Below, piece by piece: positions 23,402-34,120 of a stretch of 64,000 nucleotides of DNA. The stretch covers positions 12,090,001 through 12,154,000 of the forward strand of contig OZ116698.1 of NCBI GenBank assembly GCA_964199315.1, given 5' to 3'. The notes under the pieces were generated by a model. That model did no database searches. It saw nothing but the letters and a program-made list of their open reading frames with translations, and had not been told where the DNA came from. Made by a program: the position numbers and the translations under genes. The stretch comes from Orbicella franksi (lineage: Eukaryota). Each line of letters opens with the position of its first letter. Position 1 is the first letter of the stretch.

Positions 23402-26400
23402 TTATGAATCTGTTATTTTCATCATTTCGTCTGAGCCGCTTCCTTCAGGCTTTTCGCCATCGTCTTCATCGTCTTCATCATCCACCCCGCTGGCTCCTCC
23501 AGTTCGTGGGCCTTCGTTTTCTTTCGCGTCGGGGTCTTTACACGCGCACTCCGATTTACAATCATTTGGCCATGTACGGACGATCCTGTTCTTGGTGGTA
23601 GAGGGACAGCAGTCTCCGCCGTCCCACCGGCAGTGTTTGTTGTTGTTAATGGAATCACACAGCCCATCAGCGATTTCAGCTTTCCTGCAACCGGGTATAC
23701 ATTGCAATTTGGCGGGGTCTGGATGCCATTCAAGTTTCTGAGTCTGAGTGCACGTGATGATCACGCGCCACTTGTCCTCGTTTCCCTGTAAAATGAACAA
23801 TCCGAAAAAAAGTAATTTCTTGATGGATTACTCGGTAGCCAAAGCAAGCCTACCCTACAATGTAACTTATCAAAGTGGCAGCTGTCTTAATGTGAGATAC
23901 AATGAAGTCAAAAGCGGGAGTTGCTCGCCAAATTTCGATATTTCCTTGGTTTCAAGAAGAAGAATAAGTTGTTCTACAGAAATGGTGAAAAATAGTTTTG
24001 TAGCCTTTGCAAACAACAAAATACATTTGAACAAGCAACGATGAAATTAATTGCCACGAGGACACATTGTGAGGGTCCCGTAGGTTCCAGCAGAATATCG
24101 TGTAAACGAAACTTGGGATGAATTTTCAGCAACTGATGCACGAGGTGGAAAGGTCGACAGAAAAATGTGTCAACTTTAAATCCTTTATAGAACAACCATT
24201 AATCGAGTTTCGATTGCAAAACAGAGGTTTGACACTTACAAGTTCGACAACATCATATCCGGGGCTTTTGCATTGAGCTTTGCATATTCCACCAGGAAAA
24301 TAATCCTCGCAGAATAAAATGACACCACGTGAGGCTTCAGGCCTGGAGCAGCGACCAGCTTTATCAGAAGTGCAACGCTTCAACGGTTCAGTCCATTGCC
24401 CATCTTCTTCGCACTTGACTTGGTGAATCTAGAGATGAGACGGTGAAAGCGGAATAGAGCTTTAGTTATCAAAACTAAAGGAGATAGACCAGATAATATA
24501 TCAAACACGAGAGAGTGTTTGACACCAAATTTCGTGTCGTAATACCAAATACAAAGCAAAGGTCCAGGCACTAAAAAATACAAACTACACAATGATTGAA
24601 CCTGTAAGAACACGAAGCAAACATAAGTGACGCCAGGCTTGGGAAACTGGGTGAGACCAAGTGTTGATTGCCTTTAGCTTTCAAACTGTATGGCTGAGTA
24701 CTAAGCAGGAAACATGTATTTGTAAAACCAGTCACAAAGTAGACCAAAGTTTAGTAATATAAAACGAGAGCTTTCGAATTGCTTTTGCTACTTAAAGTTG
24801 AGCCCAGTTATCTCACACTCTCAAGGGAAACGAAAAAAAAAAAAATTCGAGAGGGCGGAGAATATAGTGTATGCCAATAGTTTGGTCTGATTAATTAATG
24901 CGTGACTGATTAAAATGGTAATTTTCTTTAGATTGCTAAAGCGCTCTTCTCGAATATATGTTTGGCTAATTTTTTTAAATATGTTTGGCATATATGTTTG
25001 GCTAAACGATCCAATATTATCAAACACAGCAATTAAAAAGAAGAAACATAACACAAACCTCCTCTCCTGGACAATTATTCGTACAAACGCTACCGAGGGA
25101 ATTGCCATCGGAGCAGTTGTACCACATGAGAACGTTCGGCGTCAGCTCCTGGCAAATTATTGGTTCACATCTAGGTTGAGTCCACCGACCACTCTTGGTA
25201 CAACGTTTTTTCAAGATCCTACGAACAGGGTCGTCTCTATCTCTCACTCTGTAGCCAGGCTTGCACCGGAATTTACAGGACACGCCTGGTGAGAATGTCC
25301 TCTTGCTGTCGATGCAGTTGCTCTCGGCAAGTGGTACGCTGTGGTCTGGTATCTCAGGGTTCGGACAGGTCATAACGCAGAAGGCGCTCTGTGCAGACCA
25401 TTTTCCGTCCTCTTCGCACGTGACACTGCCTTCGCCCCCGCTCATTTTGGCTCCAGGTGCACACCTCAGAGAGCACTTCTTGCCGAACGTGAGACCCTGT
25501 GGACAATCTAGAAATACATGGACTTGGACTTAAGTATCAAATGGATGTAGATGCGAGAGAGGGCCCTTTCCAGCCAGAGTAAAAGAGCGAGGTAATTATG
25601 ACGACGAAAACTGGAAATCACTGCTTCTACTCGATGCTAACGGTATAAAACAAAATTACTTGATTCAGGAACAGAAATTTTAACTTAGACCAGCAATAAC
25701 GGAATCCTAACTTTTCTTTTATAGGAAAATCAAGCGGAAAAGTCGTGGAGATACGGAATCTGATTATCTCAGAGAAAAACGTATTACAAAAATAAAAAAA
25801 AATTAATTCTCACTACAAGTACTAAGACGTTTTTTGAAAACGGTAGGAGAATTTTGATTATCATCTTCGCTCGGATTACAAGGCTCGTCTACATATATCA
25901 TTAACCAGCTATATAGTTGTACTAATTATGTTCACGCATTGCGGGCCTATGACATACTGTGAGTTTACATACCGGCTTTTCCATGAGGAATTCTTGGGAC
26001 GCCGCAACTGACTGGCACACAGGATGTGTTGATCCCTTCCCAATCCTTGTTGAAACAAATCATCTTGAAGGGTTTCAGTGGTCGATATCCCGGCCTGCAA
26101 GTCACCATACAAGTCTGTCCTTCCTCAGTACCCTCGCATTTGACCGTACCATGTTTGATCAAGGGCTCCTGACAAGATGGCCTCTCACACGTGTATTTAT
26201 GGCAGTGCTGGGTTCGGGGACTGAACACTTCGTCCGGTTTACACTTGGACATTTCCACAACATCAAAGCGCGCCCTGGATCGGAGAGCCACGGCTGCTAC
26301 GCTGATAAGGTAAGACTTAAAGCTGACGCGCACTTTACGGACGTAGAAGAATGGCTCTGTCATGTCGTGCAGGACAGGGATGACACTTGGGTTAGTCTTA

Positions 26401-29400
26401 CATGAAAGCTTCGTTTCCTTGTTGCCCGCGGGGATGATGCGGCCGGTTTTGTCAATAAGCTCAACTTTGACAGTCTTGACGAAAGGACTGATACTTGTTT
26501 TGCCATCGGAGCCGATATAAAGAACAACTGCTGCAGGCAAGACAGAACGATTGAACGTGACCTCTAGCCAGTAATTGTTGTCCGTATACTTGTGCTTGCA
26601 GGGACTCCACGCGTGGGCCTCGTCAAAAGAAGATTGGCAAACCTGTGCCAGGAAAATGTAGTAAGCAACGTAAATATTTCTCTAACGACAACGATGTGAG
26701 CTGCGGATAATACAAATGAAATGCAGATATAACCATAACAGTTGTAATCGCAATTTAAACAGTCACGGACTGGCCCTGAAAAAAGGTTTCAGGGATTCAA
26801 CGGGATCCTATTAAAGCCCGGAAACCTTTTTGCGGTCAATGGTCACTTCTTCGTTTCATTCGTAAAAGTTTTTGACAGTCGAGATGTACCTCCCTAGTTG
26901 CCCACAACTCCATATGAACAAACGACTATTCAAAGGGGAACTTTGAACGCATTGAATGATTGGCATTCGTCGTGTTTTATCTTCGAGTTTTAATTAGTGA
27001 TGGTTGAGTTCGGCGGACCGCCATCTTGGTCTCTTGATGCGAGCGAAACTGGGGGAGAGTACAAAGTGCCCGTGGGTAGGTGGAGGCAAGGTGGAGGCCT
27101 CATTTTGGACTCTCCCCAGTTTCACTCGCATCATGAGACCAAGATGGCGGTCCGTCAAACTCAACGATCGACATCTGTGATCTCACGGAAAAATAGGGGA
27201 CTGTGAACAGTCTACTCGTATTTTAATTAGTTTCTTATTGAAGGCTAGCAGTATTCACTTTACCAGGTCAAGTGGTGGCGGTCCCAGGACCACGCTTTCA
27301 GGGCACTTTTTGTCACGGAAGTTCGAGTTTACGGTCACGTTCACAGCCCACTGATCTTCAAAACCTTCGGGTGTATAGAATCCGCAGTCTTTGATGTTGG
27401 TTTTTTTCTCAAACTCCTCGCATTTTCCGTCTCCTTCGTGGCGGTAGCACAAACTTGGGTGGCCTGAAAGAACAAACAAACAAACAAATAAATAAATAAA
27501 TAAATAAATAAATAAAACCGCAAACATTCACAAGTTTTCCAAAATGAACTTGGATACAGAGTAGGTTGGGTGTCCGGACAAATACGAAATGTACGTCAAA
27601 TGTTGCCGTGCAAAAGACCATTTCTACAGGTCGGCTTCCTACCACACTCATCTGCTTCCGCTGGGTAGCTAGATAGTGAGAAACCATGCAAATTTTATCT
27701 TGATCAAAGTCAAATAAAATCACTGCGACTTCGTGCAAGTGTCAGTGGTGCGTCGTAAGTAGTTGGCAACGTGTGAAAGATAACTCGTGCTCTCTGTCGC
27801 CTCAATGACATGCGCCCTTTATTTACAATATGCGCCCCTGCTAACGTTTAGAGAATACCCTATCTTCGAGTTAAGTTTTAGAGCGGATTTTACCAATTTT
27901 GCGGTTTGTAGTTAAGGTAAGTATAAGTTTTTTCAAGATGTCTCGAACGAACGATTTCTGTGTGTACAATATAACCTAATATCGTGACAGCTAACTTGAA
28001 TAAAATTAAGCCGGCCAACAGCATCAGAACAAAAACGAATTAACGGAATGCAACAAGTCACTTATCACTAACAACTTACACGGTACGTCATGCGACGAGC
28101 CAGTCCTTTTAAGAGGCTGGTGTACCACAAATCGCCTCCAGAATCATTGCTGACAGATTACTCTATTCATGGAATTAAGACTGACTTAAAACTACCCTCA
28201 ACATCTTTGCGCAAATTCCGCGCAGTTTTGGATCATTCAAGCTTCAGGACAAGTTTAATCGTGTTTTGGGTGAGACATTGTAAGAGAGATTCTAATTTCC
28301 ATTTCGTAGACATAAAGGTTACACGGATGCAAAGAAAAACACAATTGATGTCAAAGAAAGTGAAGGATTAAGATTTCCCAGTGAAGAGAGATTATGAATT
28401 CTTTTTTCGGTGATTAAGTAGTTTTTATGTCTCACCTGTACATTTACCAGGCTTATTACTTCCCAAAACCGCTGTAAGCTGCTTAAGCTTTTACGTAAAA
28501 GGCTTAGAGTCCCCTAAGACGCATGTGAAGTTTTTAATCCAGCAGGTTTATTTGTTTTAGTATTGACTCGCTTACTCAAGTAAAAGCTAAGATCGTGGAC
28601 GATGACAACGAAGATTATATTGCACTCAAAATACACAGCGCATTTTACCGGATATGCCCGATTGTCTGAGCGAGGAAAATCGGTGCATTTGTTCCCTTCA
28701 TCACACCTGGCGACATGAAAACTGTCTGCTTCCTGAGGTTACGATTGTCGAAGATATACTGACATGTCCTTAGCGTGGTGGCGACACACAGTTGCAGAAC
28801 TTCCTGTTCGCGCCGCATAGGCAGACAGATCTTGGTTAAAATGATTGTGTGCGTAAACAAAATAAACATTGTAAAACATGCAAAACGCTCATTTATTCGC
28901 TCGCTGCACGAAGGTCTGTCTGTTCAATGGTCATGATATTTTGGCATCGATAGAGCGACCGTGAAGTTGCGTTCACTGTAATTGAGCATGAAGTATCAGT
29001 TTAAAGGAAGTGTCGTGAGTCGTGCTACTTCTGAAAATAGTTTGTTATCTTATGGAGTCATAAAAAGAACACCGAACATCGGAAATTCCCAGGAATCTAG
29101 CCTGGCAAAACAACCGAGATAGTGGATGCTTGAAGCTTTTTCCTTTCTGGTGACCATCGATCTACAACAAACAATGCAATTTTGAACCAGGGAGAAAAAG
29201 CTCACCAAAGAATGTTAGAATGTACTTAGACCTGAGTGGGGTAACAGTTTTTTTAAGGAGCGTGAAATAAGATGGCAAGTCGGGTTTGCTCAAGACCTTT
29301 GCTATAAATGTCTGGATAGTAGGGTCAACTACAGTGTAAGTCAGTCTCTGGTGAATTGATAGGATGTGCTTACTAGTTAGAATATTAATTTTGCAGATAG

Positions 29401-32400
29401 GGCAACGTGATCCATCACACTATCCTCTGAAAATTAACGCGATTCTCAACTGCATCGCTCTTCTCTAAGGCCTCCGGTGACACTATGGCATACCGGGATT
29501 GAGTGAGTGAGTGAGAGTGGCTTTTCGCTGTTCAAAAATCGTGCTTTGTGTCACAACCCACCTCGTACAAAATTTCTTTATTCGGTACGAGATTAATAAC
29601 TCGTCATCACTTCCTGGTGAGACAGTAAACAACTACGAGTCCATTTCAAGTGTTATTTTTTTCTCACAACGGAAATACGTGATTAAGGCAAAACACATGA
29701 GGCGGACATTTCAAAGCATTCTCCAGAGCTTATCCACCCAGCCAACATGCTCCGTATGTTTAGATAGTCTCTCGCCGTACCCGCGGGCAAATCGTTCAAA
29801 TGTTGTAATTTATGGACTAGGTAGCTCCTAATTAAAGGCCATTAATGCAGGCATTTTTGGACCAAAGTTCACAATTTGAAATCATTCCTTAGCTGCGAAT
29901 TGTGAGATTGAATTGGTAAACTCACATACCTCGCTCAGAACATCTCCTCATTTCCGGTAATACTTCAAGATCAAGTCTTTTTTTTAAGACCCACGGGCGG
30001 CTATTTTAAGGGCGGATTTGAGCGGCTTAAGAAAACAGATACAAAATCACAAAGGCCATGCAAAGGTTTGATTTTGTAGAAAACAAAATGCTTCCGCGAC
30101 GAATGAAATTAGGACCCGTAGACATCCAAATGCGAAATATTCAGTCTAAATTCTCTTTACTAATCGCCTAATGTTACACCTGCGCTGCTTATGAGAGTTT
30201 GGGCCTTCATCAAGACAATACCGATACAGCAAGCAGGGTTCGCAAAAACACTTATTCCAGCTTTCCCTTTAGACAAGCAGCATCTCAAATTTGCTTGCCC
30301 TGGGCAAGCCTTTTTTAACTTTTTTTTATTGATGAAGTTGGCAGCCCTTTCCCATCCATCTTTCCATCCATCCAACAAGTGAGAATGAAAAGTTACTTGC
30401 CCAGCAGGAAAATCTACTTGTCCCTGACACCTTCTATCGAGCTTTGAGTAAGGAGAAATTCTACTATGATCACCTAACGCACCTGTACAATGAAAAACGT
30501 CCTCTTTCTTGCACTGCATGTTACAGCCGTCACTATCTCGTACATTACCATCGTCGCACTCTTCTCCGATGCTGTACTCCACTATACCGTCGCCACAGAA
30601 ACCTTGTTCGGGTGAGTAGTGGAACGGTGGTGATGGAGGACCCTTCACTCCCAGGCTTGTTATAGCTTGGACTGTGTAGGTGTATGGTTTGCCAGGCTCC
30701 AAGTACCTGCAAAGAGACAGTTGGTGACAATTTAAAGGGGCTACCTATCGATTTGCGAAAACTTTAACTTAAATTTATCAAATTTGTCGTTTGCAATCCG
30801 TGTCAATCTTCTCCATCCTTAACTATCCTTGTTCCTTTATGGTTTATTATCATCTCTTTGGTGTTTCACTATCTCAGTGAACCACTATTTTCAGGTTTCC
30901 TTCAATTTAAAGGTAATTTTTTGCCTGGCCAAAATAACTCAAAACCTAGGGTGATCTTGTCTCAGTCTTTATCTATCCTTGTTTCTTTTTAGTCTAGTAT
31001 AACGTTTTTTTTTGGATTGTCTACCACGATAAATGTTACATTTTATTGGACTTGATTCTGTATATGCTCTGAAAGAAGTTCTTCTTACGCAAAGATCTTA
31101 GGATATTTAGAGTATTTTTGTCAAAGTGACCTATTAAAGTGCAAATTACTGTTGCTGTATCGCACCAAAACGAAAATCCAGGGGTACGTAGAAAATAAAA
31201 AGTAATCACATCGCGACCGAGAATATGGAACTTTAACACAACACGAGAAAGTTGACATGCTACTCACCGAGATAAAAAAAAAACCAGCAACAACATGTTA
31301 CTTACACGAAAATAGGCTATTAGATACAAAATTGGAAGCACACCTGTCTTCAAATCGGGTCGTCTTTACACGCTCTGACTTTCCAGTTGGAAAGGACGGC
31401 TCACGAGTCACGAGGTATTCCACAGGTTCACACTTGAGGCAGTTAGGATGGTTGACAGATGATGTTAGCTGGATAGCATCAATCACAGTTGAAGGGTCCT
31501 TGACGCGAACTCGAACCTTGGAGACCCTCTTTCTGACTCTCAATGTCATGGTCAGGGGGGCGTCGCACTGAGCTGTAGCGTTGCCTAGCGACTGCTCTGA
31601 CCCATCGGTGAAGATGAGCTGGATGTTGCTAATTCCATCCTTGGAGGCCCATATCACCCACAAGGTCAGACTAGTTGGAATAACAGCCACCTGGAAACCA
31701 AACTCGATGTAGCAATCCCCGTGGTCCATCTTGTGAGGCGTGAACGGGGCCCAGCCTTTGGGTGTCATGTTACAAGGCTCCGCGTCTGGGGCTCCGATGG
31801 CCTGGTGAGGAGCCCAGTAGCCGTTGGGCTTGACTGGATTGGGAGATTCCGCTGTAATTGCGTACTGCTGAAACACTCTGTCTTCGCGGCACTCGTGGCA
31901 GCCATTGATCGCGTTTCCTCCTCCGGTGCCCAAAGGTGGAATCCAGGCCAGTTTGACGCTATTCTCCGCTTTAGAAGTCACGCGAGGTGGGAGCGGAATG
32001 AAGGAAGGCGGTGTTTTTGTTCTCTGCCATGACTGGTACATCAGATCAATATAGCAGTGCATTCTTGCCGCTTGTTGCTCTGTGAAAGTGTCTGTACAAG
32101 AGTCGTTAGCGTAGCTCATGTAGTTTCTGAAAGGCGTGTTCACAAATTTCTTAACTCCGCAGGTCATGATAGCGTTATTGACGGTGGGATCCCTACACAT
32201 GCTGTTAGCTGGAGTCGGATTTGTGTCAGAGCACAGGTCACCTAACTCAAGGGACGGGAAAGTTTCGAAACAGTCGTCTGAGCAATCCTTTTCCGTCACA
32301 CCGTGATGCACGTGCCACAAGCCCAGCACATGTCCAAATTCGTGCACAAGTGCGTTCGAGTGTAGTTTTCGTCCAAAATTTTTCAAACCCAAGATGGTCC

Positions 32401-34018
32401 CACCGTAAATACTGTGTACGGTTTTCTCCCAGGGAAACGTGGCCACGCCCAGTAGGTTATTATTACTCCATTGAGCTAAATAAACGTTCAAGAAATCTTG
32501 ATTGGTCAAATTCACCAGCGTCTTGTATTCTCTCTCGCTCATGTACGCTCTGTTTGGAGATTTAGGATCAAAACAGGTCTTATATACGTCTGTGACGCTC
32601 TTGTTGCAACAGTCGCCAAGATCCCACGCATTGTAATGCCTGTTGCATTCTGGGTCGCACACTCCGTTCCCGCGCTTTTTCGGGTCACATCTTGTTTGGT
32701 ATTCATCGCAGTCGCCTCCATCATTTCCTGTAATGTCGTGCCTGCAATGTTCGTCATTGCACATTCCGTCACCGACTTTTCCTGCCTCGCACATGTAGGT
32801 GACAGTGCGTCGTCTCAAGGAAGTGTTTCGTATGTTCAGTTCTTTCAGCTCAAATGTGATGTTGTAATGTTTGAAGGCTTCGTTGAGCTGATCGTGTTGG
32901 GTTTTCATTTGTTTCTTGGTCACCATGGGGTTAGTGCCGTCGTCATCTCGTATGTTGACAACACGATAGTGCACGACCTTTCTGCCTCGCAAGTGCGTAT
33001 TTTTCACATAACTCCGAATGATCTCTGGATTATCGCAAACTGTACTGCCACAGGGGGGCTTCACGATTGAAAGATCGTGGGCATCGCCTGGAATTGTTGA
33101 CTTAGTGATTTCCGGTTTCTTTTCTTCATTTGCAGTGACTACAACCCATGTGGTTTTCGGATTGCGATTGAGTTCTTCGGATCCCGCGAAACTTTCGTAC
33201 ATTTCAAGGTGGTCATCAAAGTATGGTTCAACACCCGTGATGGGGTCGAAAACATTCGTGCTGATTTCTTTATGTGATTTCGCAACTGACCACAATCGCA
33301 CCTCGTCGATCAGGCCGCGATAAAACACTCCAGACGAGCGATCTCCCCCCGCTTCCAAATGCTCACACACGTCGAAGCCATCCGCGAAAATGTGCCCTTT
33401 TTGCTCGGAAGAAACCCCCACTTTGGCTTGATTGATGTATAATTTCATTTCCTTGCCACTGAACGTAGCAGCAACATGAACCCATACATTTGGTTCCACG
33501 CTGCGCGGAGAAGACAGTTTCGTGTCGTGATGTGATCGCTGCGTTTGTAGTCGAAAGAAAACTCTCAAGCTTCGCTCGGCGCTCGCTTCTTGAAGTCCTA
33601 TTTCCCAGCCTCCTTCTTTTGAGTCCGGCGAGCAGTCGTCAAAAAGACCGATCACAGTGACAGGAGATGCCTGGCCACCTTCGGGCTTCATCCAAAAGTC
33701 TATGGTGAACTGGTGTGATGGTATGGTGACAGCTCCAGCAAATCGGACTACTTCGCCACCGAAGAAACGCAAAGCCTTTCCAAACTGAGATCCAATTGGT
33801 GGTGATTGTGGAAAGCGAGCGTGATCGTGGCGTTTAACACGACGGGTCGAAGCGCAGTTGGAACTGTGCTTTTCCTCTATAGCTTCAGCGGCTTTTATGG
33901 CCTTTAGAATTGCGCTGTTACCAGTCACCATCTCCACTCGTAATAGCAAATGTAGAACGAACGCCAGCAACAACAACCGCAAAACACTCGTGCCGCATTC
34001 TGTCATTTTGAACCTCAT
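23402..34018 (-). CDS. PAPPA: Pappalysin (PAPP-A-like secreted metzincin): signal peptide, furin site, LamG, M43 protease with LNR1-2, five sushi/CCP modules, LNR3; 1596 aa
   Basis: Seven GT-AG exons: 31344-34018, 30483-30706, 27264-27463, 25973-26642, 25059-25507, 24240-24428, 23402-23785 (4791 nt, phases consistent). Hydrophobic signal LRLLLLAFVLHLLL; RRVKR processing site; LamG motif FTIDFWMKPEGGQ; zinc motif HEFGHVLGLWH (HExxHxxGxxH); Met-turn NYMSY; LNR motifs ending GNDGGDC, WDLGDCC and WDGGDCC; CGDG...EECDDGN repeat; five Cys-patterned sushi domains. It is probably co-orthologous to vertebrate PAPPA and PAPPA2. The start could be the second Met (34006). Confidence 0.96.
27003..27214. 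mobile_element. Left-truncated palindromic MITE forming a 58-bp-arm hairpin in pappalysin intron 3
   Basis: Arms 27003-27060 and 27109-27165 are near-perfect reverse complements; the terminal GGGGACTGTGAACAGTCTA is retained only on the right. Confidence 0.7.
27469..27516. repeat. Compound (AAAC)n(AAAT)n microsatellite forming the T-rich tract of the pappalysin exon-3 acceptor
   Basis: Read directly: AACAAACAAACAAACAAATAAATAAATAAATAAATAAATAAATAAAA. Confidence 0.85.
30732..30955. mobile_element. Degenerate copy of the TTAA-flanked 234-bp element, about 25 nt from the pappalysin exon-2 acceptor
   Basis: Shares CTTCTCCATCCTT..CCTTGTTCCTTTATGGTTTAT..TTTTCAGGTTTCC..TTTAAAGGTAATTTT..GGCCAAAATAACTCAAAA with 12636-12869. 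Confidence 0.65.
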
Positions 34019-34114
34019 TTGATGCCGTACAAATCTGCACTCTTGTCGAAGGTCAGTTGTCTTCTTTTCTCCGAGTCTTCAGTGGATAAACTTTCAAGAT
34101 GACTAAACACGACC

Positions 34115-34120
34115 TTTATA
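34115..34120 (-). promoter_or_regulatory. Candidate TATA box of the pappalysin gene
   Basis: Minus-strand GGGTATAAAGG lies about 100 nt upstream of the ATG at 34018; supported by position only. Confidence 0.35.

Noticed and set aside
23974-24195. Possible extra pappalysin exon in intron 6
   Set aside because: Exons 6 and 7 join in phase to give a complete fifth sushi domain, and the candidate peptide does not fit the module.
31257-33323. Plus-strand ORFs of 100-190 aa over the pappalysin exon
   Set aside because: Antisense shadows of a long coding exon with no independent features.
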